From Terriglobia bacterium (lineage in GTDB: Bacteria; Acidobacteriota; Terriglobia; Acidiferrales; UBA7541): a stretch of DNA of 64,000 bases. Within the stretch, counting starts at the first letter, position 1. Each line of letters opens with the position of its first letter. This document shows, piece by piece, positions 32,032-40,841 of the stretch. A program made the position numbers and the translations under genes. The notes under the pieces are model-generated. The model searched no databases. It saw only the letters and a program-made list of their open reading frames with translations, and was not told the DNA's origin. The stretch lies in assembly GCA_963695545.1 (NCBI GenBank), contig OY968796.1, forward strand, positions 1,344,001 through 1,408,000. Reading direction: 5' to 3'.

Positions 32032-33320
32032 GGCAAAGACCTCGTTCCCACCGCTTCGCGAAGCTGCTCGAGCGCCACCAGATACGCCGCCAGCGACTGG
32101 CGATAGGAAAGCTGCGTCGCGCGATAGCTGCGCTCCGCATCCAGAAAGTCCAGCAGGCTCGCCGCGCCGCGCCGGTAAGCGTATTCGCTGATGTCGCGGT
32201 CTTGTTTCGCGTCGTCCAGGTAGCCCGAACGATAGATGGTCACAATTTGATCGTTCGATTGCAGCGCTTCGTAAGCGTCTCTCACGTCGGTCAGCACTTG
32301 CCCGTTCGCCAAATCCTGCATCTCTTGCGCTTGCGTGATGGCGAAGTGCGTGCGCGCGATCTCGCCCTGATTGCGGTCGAAAATCGGAAGCTGCATGCTG
32401 CCGAACAACGAGGCCGAACTCACGTCGGCCACATGCGTGTAATTGATCTGCCCCGTGATATCGCGTTTCCCATTGGCCTTCGCCAGCGCGTACTCGCCGT
32501 TCGCCAGCGTCACGCCTTGCTGCGCCTCGCGCAGATCCGGCCGCGTCTCGAGCGCCTTCGCCTGCAAATCCTCCAGGTTCGCTTTCAGCGGCTGATAATC
32601 GAAATCGTCAGCCACGTCGTAATCCGCGGAAACCGATTCGTATCCCAGCAGCTGCCGCAAATCGGAAAGCCCTTGCACTTTCGCCAGCTCCGCTTGCGAC
32701 ACATCCGTTTGGAATTGCAGCAATTGCAGTTTGATCTTCAAATAATCGTCGTCGCTCATGTCGCCGGCTTTGTAGCGCGCGGCGCTGATGTCCACCGTAT
32801 CCTGAAAACTTTTCAAATCTGCCTGTGCCAGCGCCAGCGTCGATTCCGCCAGTTGCACGTTGATGTATTGCGACGCCACCTGGAACGTGATCGTGCGTTC
32901 GTTGTCAGCTACCGTCGAGCGCGTCACGGCTGTTTGATCTTGCGCCGCCGCAAGACGATGCTGCCGCTTCTTCCCGCGCTCGAACAAATAGCTGATGCCC
33001 AGGTCGAACTGCGCGTCGTCGTCGATATACGTCGAACTGAATTGGTTCGGCTGAAAAATCGGAATAAATTGCGCATCGCCCAGCAGCACCGGATCGGGCC
33101 GCAGGTTCGCGGTGATCTCCTCCGCCTGGCTCTGGTCGATCGTCGAACGGTCGGCCAGCAAATTGTGATTGTGAGCCAGCGCCATTTGAATCGCTTCATC
33201 TAGCGTGATCCGCACCGGTCCCTGCGTCTGCGCTCCCAGTGTTTGCGCGCCGCCCAGAACGGCGAAGCACACGCCCACTGCAATCGCGAAACTCGATAAC
33301 CACACGCGCTTGGCGTTCAT
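32028..33320 (-). CDS. TolC/CzcC-family outer membrane efflux protein
   Basis: Signal peptide; ITLDEAIQMALAHN, LPIFDRNQGEIAR, AYRRGAASLLDFLDAER; start ATG 33320 after AAAGGAA. Confidence 0.92.
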   Translation of the reverse strand: MNAKRVWLSSFAIAVGVCFAVLGGAQTLGAQTQGPVRITLDEAIQMALAHNHNLLADRSTIDQSQAEEITANLRPDPVLLGDAQFIPIFQPNQFSSTYIDDDAQFDLGISYLFERGKKRQHRLAAAQDQTAVTRSTVADNERTITFQVASQYINVQLAESTLALAQADLKSFQDTVDISAARYKAGDMSDDDYLKIKLQLLQFQTDVSQAELAKVQGLSDLRQLLGYESVSADYDVADDFDYQPLKANLEDLQAKALETRPDLREAQQGVTLANGEYALAKANGKRDITGQINYTHVADVSSASLFGSMQLPIFDRNQGEIARTHFAITQAQEMQDLANGQVLTDVRDAYEALQSNDQIVTIYRSGYLDDAKQDRDISEYAYRRGAASLLDFLDAERSYRATQLSYRQSLAAYLVALEQLREAVGTRSLP

Positions 33321-33430
33321 AGTCACGTTCCTTTGATTCTTCACAATTTCTTGCAAGGCTGATGTGCACCGCGCGCTCCCCTAAAACGAACCGGGGGCCG
33401 CTGTGCCGGAAGGCGCTCGACTGCGAGGAT

Positions 33431-33745
33431 CTACGCGATCGGGGGTGCGCGTGAAGATGTGGGGAAAAGCCCTGGAGAGACGTACAGGATCGCTTCCGCT
33501 TGCCCTGCCAGCGCCACAACATGCCGCGAGACAACGAAGGAAGGTTGCGCCACAGGCCCGGTCACCGGCATGTGCGCGACCTGGCAGACCGGGCAAGCCG
33601 ACGCGGCGTTCGGATCGTCGTGGTGCCACAGCCCGCCGGCGGCCAGGAAACAAACCAGCGCAGCAAACGCCGCAATCAGCAGCACGCGTTGCTTAATCAC
33701 ACCGCGCGGCGCGCGTTGCCTCGACGGATTGTCGTGATGCTTCAT
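33431..33745 (-). CDS. DUF2946/CruR-like upstream ORF (TM, HHDD, CxxC, C-terminal RAPP), copy 2
   Basis: Close paralog of 26596-26892: AAFAALVCFLAAGGLWHHDDPNAASACPVCQVAH...TSSRAPPIA*; upstream of the TolC-MFP-RND operon. Confidence 0.8.
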   Translation of the reverse strand: MKHHDNPSRQRAPRGVIKQRVLLIAAFAALVCFLAAGGLWHHDDPNAASACPVCQVAHMPVTGPVAQPSFVVSRHVVALAGQAEAILYVSPGLFPTSSRAPPIA

Positions 33746-33859
33746 CGAATTCCCAGGAAAGAAAGCCGCTCACCGACGGAAGCGGTAAACCTTGATTCTA
33801 CACTAGATGTCGCCACGCCCTGCCGGGTTGCGCAGTTTGTGCCCGTCCCGCCACGGTGG

Positions 33860-34150
33860 TTAAGCCGAATGGCGCAGCGCGCGTTCCACCAGCTCCAGAC
33901 ACCGCTCCGCGCGCTGCCGAACCGCGCCGTCCTGCCCTTCGCGGCCCTGCCGCAGCGCCTCAAGCTCGTCCGCAATCGCGAGCGCCGCCAGCACCGCCAC
34001 GCGCACCGAGTCCACCGTGCCCGTCGTGCGCGCCACGTCGCGCATCTTCGCATCCACCAGACGCGCCAATTTCTCGACGTACGCCGAATCCAGCTCCCCG
34101 GCGATGGTGTACTGCTGATCGTAGATTTCGACTTTGACGCGATGCGACAC
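33860..34150 (-). CDS. zapA: Cell division protein ZapA
   Basis: VKVEIYDQQYTIAG...LARLVDAKMRDV...RVAVLAALAIADEL; downstream of pheT. Confidence 0.9.
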   Translation of the reverse strand: MSHRVKVEIYDQQYTIAGELDSAYVEKLARLVDAKMRDVARTTGTVDSVRVAVLAALAIADELEALRQGREGQDGAVRQRAERCLELVERALRHSA

Positions 34151-34262
34151 GAGGCACTCACTCCCGGGCGGGGCCCCGCCATTCTCCGGCCGCCGCACCC
34201 CGGAAACAAGCAAAACATTCGGCACCCCAGCAGCCTTGCATGCAGGTTTCTTTTCGGTTTGT

Positions 34263-34285
34263 GTAGCGGAGGCCTTCGGGCCTCC
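34263..34285 (+). repeat. REP palindrome (GTAG family)
   Basis: GTAGC-GGAGGCC-TTCG-GGCCTCC; same stem as the copies flanking the RAYT gene. Confidence 0.8.
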
Positions 34286-34359
34286 AGCCTTTGCGCGACG
34301 CTAATATTTACGGAAATCTGCGCTCTCGGTTACAAACCCTCGCTCGCGCAATCGCAATC

Positions 34360-36441
34360 CTACGCCACGCGTAACTTAGCCCCCACCGATTCCAGCGCCC
34401 GCACAATCCGCGAGCTCGCCTCCGCCATCTGCGCGTCCGTCAATGTCGCGTCGTAACTCTGAAATGTCACGCGGATCAGCAAAGAGTGATGCCCCTCGGG
34501 CAATCCCTTGCCGCGGAACAAATCGACCGCCTGCACGCTCACAATCTCCGCGATCCCCAGCGCCCGAATCGCGTCCGCCAACCGCCCAAACGCTGTGCCA
34601 TCGGCCAGCAAAAGCGAAAAATCGCGCTCCACGGCGGGATATCGCGAAATCGGTCGATAGCGCCGCCGCGCGCGCTCCGCGCTGTAAGCCGCATAGAGCG
34701 GATCGAGCGCCAACTCCGCCAGAAAAACATCCTGGCGAATTTTCAATCGCTCGGCCACCTGCCGCGCGAGTTGACCCGCGCAGCCCAGCGTGCCGGCACC
34801 ATCGGCGAGCGCAATGGTCGCCGCACCCCGCATTTCAAGCCACACTGGCCCACCCGCGCTCCAGCTGAAACCTCCGGCCAATTCGCCCGCGCGATCGAGA
34901 TCGCCCTTCAAATCTTCAAAGCGAAATTCGCGCTCGCCTTCGATAACGCTTTTCTCCCGCGCCAGGCCCGTCGCGCCGAGTGTCAAAATGCGCGTCTCCA
35001 CCGGCGCCGTGCCGTCCCACGCGTAACGCCGGCCGATTTCAAACAGCCGCACATCACGTTGCCCGTGGTTCAAATTCCATTCAAGGGTCGCCGCCATGCT
35101 CACCGCGCCCGTCGAGCGCAGCAGCGAAGCATCCTCGGCGATGGGATTCGCGATGCGCACCGGCGTGGTATCGGCCGCGCGGAAAATCGCGTCGCGCTCC
35201 GCGTCCACGTGCGTAATCGTGATGATCTCGCGGTACCCAAGCCCAATCAGCAATCCGCGCAACTGATCTTCATCTTCCGCGTGCGCCTGGCGCGCCGCCG
35301 GCAGTTTGGCCGCCGGCAGCCGCGCAGGAAACCGCTCGAGGCCATATTGCCGCGCCACTTCCTCGATCAAATCCACTTCTCGCGTCACGTCGCCGCGCCA
35401 CGATGGCCGGCGGCACTCCCAAGCCGCCATCAGCGAACCGGCGCTCCCGCGCGAGGTATCCACACGCACGGGTTCAGACCCGAGCGCTTTCAGAATCCGT
35501 TCGATATCGCGGTCCGGCACATCCGCGCCCAGAATGCGCAGCAACTCCCGCCGCGTAAGTTCAAGCTGCACAGCCCGTGGCTTCGTCGGATAAATGTCTA
35601 CCACGCCTGAAAGCACTTCGCCCCCCGCGGTTTGCTGAATCAATTCCGCGCACCGCCGTGAGGCAAGCTCAGCCGTTTCCGGATCCACTCCGCGCTCGAA
35701 TCTCTGCGAAGCCTCCGTGCGCAGCCCAAGCCGCTTCGCTGTGCGCCTCACTGAGATCGCATCGAACCACGCGCATTCAAGAAGAATATTGCGTGTGCCC
35801 GCCGAAATTTGCGTTTCCGCTCCGCCCATCACCCCGCCGATAGCCACCGCGCGCCGCGCGTCGGCGATCACGCACATTTCGGCGGACAACTTGCGCTCGA
35901 GCCCATCCAGCGTGCGCATGGTTTCGCCGGCGCGCGCGCGCCGCACGATGATTCTTTTTTCCGCCAATGTGTCGACGTCGAACGCGTGCAGCGGATTCCC
36001 CAGCTCGAACATCACGTAATTCGTCGCGTCCACCACATTGTTGATGGAAGTTTGTCCGATGGCTTCTAGTCGCCCGCGCAGCCAATCCGGCGAAGGACCG
36101 ATCTTCACTCCACGCAGCACACGCGCCGTGTATCGCCCGCACAATTCCGGGCATTCGATCTCCACGCGCACCGCTGCCGCGGCGCCATCGTGAACTTCGC
36201 GCAACTCCGGCGCCGGTGTTCGCAGCGGCACGCTGTAAAGCGCCGCCGCCTCGCGCGCGAGTCCGTGGTGGCTCATGCAATCGCCGCGATTCGCCGTCAG
36301 TTCGACGTCCAGCACAGGCCCCGCCGCGCTCGGTTCGATCGCGTCGACCGCCGTGCCCGAAAGCGAAAAACGCGCGCGCAGCTCTTCGGGCGAAGCAGTG
36401 AGCTGCGCAAATTCCTTCATCCAGTCGTAAAGGAGTTTCAT
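34360..36441 (-). CDS. pheT: Phenylalanyl-tRNA synthetase beta subunit (short form)
   Basis: TANRGDCMSHHGLARE, INNVVDATNYVMFELGNPLHAFD, ASQRFERG, EVDLIEEVAR, SRYPAVERD; ATG 36441 overlaps the pheS stop. Confidence 0.95.
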   Translation of the reverse strand: MKLLYDWMKEFAQLTASPEELRARFSLSGTAVDAIEPSAAGPVLDVELTANRGDCMSHHGLAREAAALYSVPLRTPAPELREVHDGAAAAVRVEIECPELCGRYTARVLRGVKIGPSPDWLRGRLEAIGQTSINNVVDATNYVMFELGNPLHAFDVDTLAEKRIIVRRARAGETMRTLDGLERKLSAEMCVIADARRAVAIGGVMGGAETQISAGTRNILLECAWFDAISVRRTAKRLGLRTEASQRFERGVDPETAELASRRCAELIQQTAGGEVLSGVVDIYPTKPRAVQLELTRRELLRILGADVPDRDIERILKALGSEPVRVDTSRGSAGSLMAAWECRRPSWRGDVTREVDLIEEVARQYGLERFPARLPAAKLPAARQAHAEDEDQLRGLLIGLGYREIITITHVDAERDAIFRAADTTPVRIANPIAEDASLLRSTGAVSMAATLEWNLNHGQRDVRLFEIGRRYAWDGTAPVETRILTLGATGLAREKSVIEGEREFRFEDLKGDLDRAGELAGGFSWSAGGPVWLEMRGAATIALADGAGTLGCAGQLARQVAERLKIRQDVFLAELALDPLYAAYSAERARRRYRPISRYPAVERDFSLLLADGTAFGRLADAIRALGIAEIVSVQAVDLFRGKGLPEGHHSLLIRVTFQSYDATLTDAQMAEASSRIVRALESVGAKLRVA

Positions 36442-37544
36442 GGGAACTGGCGCAGAAAACGCGCGTCGTTCTGGAAAAATAACTGCATGTCGTCCAAACC
36501 GTACTTCAGCATCGCGAGACGTTCGACGCCGAGGCCAAACGCGAAACCCGACAGTCCCTTCGCGTCGTATCCGACAAATCCATAAACCGCTGGATCCACC
36601 ATCCCCGCGCCGAATAACTCGATCCAGCCCGAGAATTTGCACACGCGGCATCCCGCGCCGCCGCACAAATGGCAGCTCGCATCCACTTCCACCGACGGTT
36701 CGGTGAACGGGAAATAACTCGGACGCAATCTTGTTTTAATCGTTGGCCCTAGGAACTGACCGACGAAATATTCCACCGTACCCTTGAAGTCGCAGAATGT
36801 GATGTCGGAATCCACAGCCAGGCCTTCGATCTGATGAAACATGTAACCGTGTGTCGCGTCGGGATTGTCGCGGCGATAAACTTTTCCGGGCACGATGATG
36901 CGCACGGGCGGAGGCTGTTTTTCCATGGTGCGGATTTGCACCGGCGAAGTGTGCGTGCGCAGCACGTATTCGCCCGCGCCGGGCGGCGGCGCGATATAGA
37001 ACGTATCCATCGCGTCGCGCGCGGGATGGTGCTCGGGAATATTCAGCGCCTCGAAGTTGTAATACGGCGTCTCAATCTCCGGCCCTTCCACCACCGTGTA
37101 GCCGATCGAAAGAAAAATCCGCTCAATCTCTTCAAACGTTTGCCGAAGCGGATGCCGCGAGCCGACCGGCCGTTCCACACCCGGCAATGAAAGGTCCACG
37201 CGATCGCGCGCGGCCGCCGCTTGCCCTGCCGCCGAGTCGATCTGCGCTCGCGCATCTTTAAGCGCCTGCTCGACGTGCGCCTTGAGCGCGTTCAGTTCCT
37301 GGCCGACCGCTCGCTTCAATTCCGGCGATGCCGGCTTCAGCCAATTCTCGCCGATGCGCGTGAGCACGCTCGATTTCCGTCCGAGCCACGCGACGTGCAA
37401 CCGATCCCAATTCGCGGCGTCCGCAATCGACGCCGTCTCGCTCGCGAATTGCTGCTTCACGTCCGCGAACAGGTGCGCCACGCCCGCGGCGTCGGACACG
37501 CCTAGTTCGGCAAGCGTCTTCGTTGTCGGGTCTTCGTGCGCCAT
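36438..37544 (-). CDS. pheS: Phenylalanyl-tRNA synthetase alpha subunit
   Basis: HPARDAMDTFY, LRTHTSPVQIR, YFPFTEPS, GFAFGLGVERLAML. Confidence 0.97.
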   Translation of the reverse strand: MAHEDPTTKTLAELGVSDAAGVAHLFADVKQQFASETASIADAANWDRLHVAWLGRKSSVLTRIGENWLKPASPELKRAVGQELNALKAHVEQALKDARAQIDSAAGQAAAARDRVDLSLPGVERPVGSRHPLRQTFEEIERIFLSIGYTVVEGPEIETPYYNFEALNIPEHHPARDAMDTFYIAPPPGAGEYVLRTHTSPVQIRTMEKQPPPVRIIVPGKVYRRDNPDATHGYMFHQIEGLAVDSDITFCDFKGTVEYFVGQFLGPTIKTRLRPSYFPFTEPSVEVDASCHLCGGAGCRVCKFSGWIELFGAGMVDPAVYGFVGYDAKGLSGFAFGLGVERLAMLKYGLDDMQLFFQNDARFLRQFP

Positions 37545-37561
37545 CGGGAGTCCCGCGCGCT

Positions 37562-37945
37562 TCAGGCTTTCTTCTTGGGCTTCGCGGGCGCAGGCGCGTG
37601 CTGCTTGGCTTGCGCCGCGAATTCGGCGAATGTCGCCGCATCCTTCACGGCCAGATCGGCCAGGATTTTGCGGTCCACCACCACGCCGGCCGCTTTCAAT
37701 CCGTGCATCAACTGGCTATACGACATGCCGTTTAAGCGAGCGCCGGCGCCGATGCGCTGGATCCACAGCCGGCGGAATTGCCGCTTCTTATTGCGTCGAT
37801 CGCGATACGCGAAGCGATCGGCGCGATTGGCGGCCTCCTGCGCGGATTGAAACAGTTTCGATTTTGTGAGGAAAAATCCTTTGGTGCGCTTCAGGTATTT
37901 CTTGCGGCGCGCGCGCCGCTTGGTACCGCGTTTTACTCGTGCCAT
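37562..37945 (-). CDS. rplT: 50S ribosomal protein L20
   Basis: MARVKRG...[19 protein letters not shown]...[10 protein letters not shown]. Confidence 0.97.
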   Translation of the reverse strand: MARVKRGTKRRARRKKYLKRTKGFFLTKSKLFQSAQEAANRADRFAYRDRRNKKRQFRRLWIQRIGAGARLNGMSYSQLMHGLKAAGVVVDRKILADLAVKDAATFAEFAAQAKQHAPAPAKPKKKA

Positions 37946-38226
37946 TTCATCGTCTCCTGCGAGGAGAGCACACGTCGGACGGATTTCTCCGCCCAGCGGC
38001 GTCTCCACGGCGTGTTAGGAATGCAGCCCGAAATTTCCGGACTGCGAATCGCCCCGAATCACGCGCTGATAATTCCGCGCGGATCAGAGCGGCCGGCCGG
38101 CAGGCCCGTCGTGGCGGGATGCGCGCTGCCTGGCGCGGCAAAAAATCTTTCGAGCGCGTGGCGCTCGTCGCGTGAAAGTTCCCAGCAAGGGAAACTTTCG
38201 CGGAAAATATTTCCGCGCGTGCGCCC

Positions 38227-38448
38227 TCAGGCGTACGGCAGCATGCGATGAACCTTGGCGGCGTCCGCCGGGCTCACCAGCGTTTGCTTCTTCAGGCGGC
38301 GCATGCGGTTCGGAGATCGCGTGCCCAGCAAGTGCCGCTTGCCCGAATGCATGCGCATCACTTTGCCGCTCGCCGTCACTTTGAATCGCTTGGCGGCGCC
38401 GCGATGCGTCTTCAGTTTGATTTTCTTAACTTTTCTTTGCTTGGACAT
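38227..38448 (-). CDS. rpmI: 50S ribosomal protein L35
   Basis: KLKTHRGAAKRFKVTASGKV...MLPY. Confidence 0.96.
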   Translation of the reverse strand: MSKQRKVKKIKLKTHRGAAKRFKVTASGKVMRMHSGKRHLLGTRSPNRMRRLKKQTLVSPADAAKVHRMLPYA

Positions 38449-38472
38449 GATTTCAGAATCCTCAAAATTTTT

Positions 38473-39033
38473 TTAATTCGGACTCGCCGCCTTCACGGGT
38501 GCGCCCTTCTTGGGCGCGAGCAGAGCCATCAAGATGTTCGCTTCCATGCGCGGACCGATTTCCACCAGCGCGTGATCCGAAATTTCCGTCAGCAGGCGAT
38601 TCATCTTGGCCCGGCCGACTTCCTGGTGCGCCATTTCCCGGCCGCGATGAAAGATCATCGCCTTCACGCGATGTCCTTCGCCTAGAAATTTGATGATCTG
38701 ATTCTTGCGCACCTGATAATCGTGCTCGGCTGTCGCGGGCCGGAATTTCACTTCCTTAAGTTGCGTCCCCTTCTGGTGGCGCCGCTGCTCGTGCGCCTTT
38801 TTGTTCGTCTGATATAGGTACTTGCCGTAATCCGTAATTTTGCAAACGGGCGGATCGGCTGTGGGCGAAATCTCCACCAGGTCCAGGCCCCGCTCGCGAG
38901 CCAGTTTGAGCGCGTCCTGCGGCTGCATCACGCCCATCTGCCCGCCATCGTCGTCCACCACGCGAATTTCGCGCCCCCAGATGCGCTCATTCACGCGAAT
39001 GCGATCGTTCGGTCGAAAACTCCGTTCAGCGAT
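38473..39033 (-). CDS. infC: Translation initiation factor IF-3 (non-canonical ATC start)
   Basis: RVNERI, LDLVEISPTADPPVCKITDYGKY, KEVKFRP, FHRGRE; SD GGAGGTG 5 nt before an in-frame ATC at 39033. Confidence 0.93.
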   Translation of the reverse strand: MAERSFRPNDRIRVNERIWGREIRVVDDDGGQMGVMQPQDALKLARERGLDLVEISPTADPPVCKITDYGKYLYQTNKKAHEQRRHQKGTQLKEVKFRPATAEHDYQVRKNQIIKFLGEGHRVKAMIFHRGREMAHQEVGRAKMNRLLTEISDHALVEIGPRMEANILMALLAPKKGAPVKAASPN

Positions 39034-39271
39034 AAACCCACCTCCCGCGCGGGCTTATGCCCAACGCGGTTCACAATTGGAATCGTTCCACAGACGCTTC
39101 TCCCGGCGCGCACAGCGCAAGGAGCGGACGGCCAGTATAGCACGGCGTCGCAACCCTCCGCCCCGAAGCGATGTCTTTTTGGGCAGCGCGCCGCGCTTCC
39201 TTCCGCCCGGCTCCAACGGCGATATGTTCTAATCGCTTGCACCCGCATTTTTGGAAGCATAGAAAAATAAT

Positions 39272-40807
39272 ATGAGCGTGGCCTCTCAATCCCCTGTACG
39301 TTTCGCGCCGCCCGGAAAAATTCCGTGGCCGCTGGTGATTTCGTTCTTTCTGTTTCTAAATTTCCTTTTCCTGATCGTTTCAACCGGCCGCGTGCACACG
39401 ATCGACGAAGTCTCCGCCGACTATCAAGCCGAAAGCCTGGTTCATCACGGCACGACGGCGGTGCCGCAGGCGGTCGCCTCCAATTGGTTCTACGGGAAAT
39501 TCGACCGCTTCGGTCATCCGCAGAGTCCGTATCCGCCGGGCCAGGCCGTCGCGTCGATTCCCTGGTATCTGCTGGGCCAATTCGCGGCGCGCCACCTTCC
39601 CGGTGTGCCCGTCGTTGCGCGCGATCTCGTGAGCGATCTTTTTCTCACCGGCAGCAGCGCGACGTATTCCGCCCTCGCCGCCACGCTCGCGCTCCTGATA
39701 TTTCTGCGCCTCAACATTTCGATCGACCGATCGCTTGCCGCGGCGGGCATGCTTGCTTTGGCCACGCCGCTCGCTTCGTACTCCGCTTGGTTTTTTTCCG
39801 AGCCACTAGGGGCCGCACTTCTCGTAGGCGCCGCCGTGGCGTTGTTCGCCGGCGACGAAGGCGTTCCCGTCTCCGCCAGCCAAGCGGCCGCAGCCGGAGC
39901 GTTACTCGGCGCCGCGATCTGGGTGCGTCCGACGCATGTTCTCGCCGCGCCGGCGTTTTTGATCGCGCTATTCGTGCGCGATCGCAAGCGAGCCATCGCT
40001 CCCGCCGTCGTGCTCACGGCTATCGTGTGTTTTGCCGGCGCGGCTTATCTCTGGCGCAACATCTATCTGTTCGACAGCCCGTTCGACTTCGGATATCCGC
40101 CGGCCGCGGAAGGCGGCAAGGCTCTCAACACATTCCACACGCCGCTTTCGACTGGGCTTTTCGGCTACCTTTTCTCGCCGGGGAAATCGATATTCGTTTT
40201 CGCGCCGCCTTTGTTGCTGGCGATCGCGGGGCGGCGTTGGCTGTGGCGGCACAGCCGCGGACTCGCGACGGTGGCGTGGCTCGCGCCGGTCACTTACATG
40301 TTGTTCTTCGCGATGTACACGCAATGGGAGGGGGGTTACAGCTACGGGCCGCGCTATCTGGTTCCGGCGCTGGCGCTCGGTGGGTTGGCGGTTGGCCCGG
40401 CGCTCGAGCGGACGGGGCGCTGGGTGCGGCCCACGGCAATCGCGCTGTTCGTCGCGGGATTGTTCGTGCAGGCGATCGGCATTGCGACGAGTTTCCTCGA
40501 AGCGGCGGTCGGAAACTATTACGATGGGACGTACAACTACCGGATGAAGTTTGACCCGGTGTGGTTGCAGGCGCGATTGCTGTGGCACTACGCGACTTCG
40601 CCGGGCGCGGCGCCGATGGGGCGCGGATTCGACCGCTGGTGGCTGCTGCTGGCGAAGGCGGGCGTGTCGCACGAGACGCTGTGGGCCATCGGGCTCACGG
40701 AAATTGCGGGCGCCGTGCTTTCGGGCTACGCGCTGTGGCGCAACTGGAAGCGCAGCGAGAGCGCCGCAGAAGTTTTTGTTCCTGCACACGCAGTGACCGC
40801 GGACTGA
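39272..40807 (+). CDS. Multi-pass membrane protein, GT-C/PMT-like glycosyltransferase
   Basis: Many TM helices; early DE motif (HTIDE), FFSEP, LFSPGKSIFVFAPP, WEGGYSYGPRYLVP. Confidence 0.65.
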   Translation: MSVASQSPVRFAPPGKIPWPLVISFFLFLNFLFLIVSTGRVHTIDEVSADYQAESLVHHGTTAVPQAVASNWFYGKFDRFGHPQSPYPPGQAVASIPWYLLGQFAARHLPGVPVVARDLVSDLFLTGSSATYSALAATLALLIFLRLNISIDRSLAAAGMLALATPLASYSAWFFSEPLGAALLVGAAVALFAGDEGVPVSASQAAAAGALLGAAIWVRPTHVLAAPAFLIALFVRDRKRAIAPAVVLTAIVCFAGAAYLWRNIYLFDSPFDFGYPPAAEGGKALNTFHTPLSTGLFGYLFSPGKSIFVFAPPLLLAIAGRRWLWRHSRGLATVAWLAPVTYMLFFAMYTQWEGGYSYGPRYLVPALALGGLAVGPALERTGRWVRPTAIALFVAGLFVQAIGIATSFLEAAVGNYYDGTYNYRMKFDPVWLQARLLWHYATSPGAAPMGRGFDRWWLLLAKAGVSHETLWAIGLTEIAGAVLSGYALWRNWKRSESAAEVFVPAHAVTAD

Positions 40808-40841
40808 AAACAAAACCATACGACACCGATTGAGCAGCGCG

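Noticed and set aside
34360..36441. PheT lacking the OB-fold tRNA-binding (B2) domain as a pseudogene sign
   Set aside because: The frame is intact and short PheT forms are known in several lineages.
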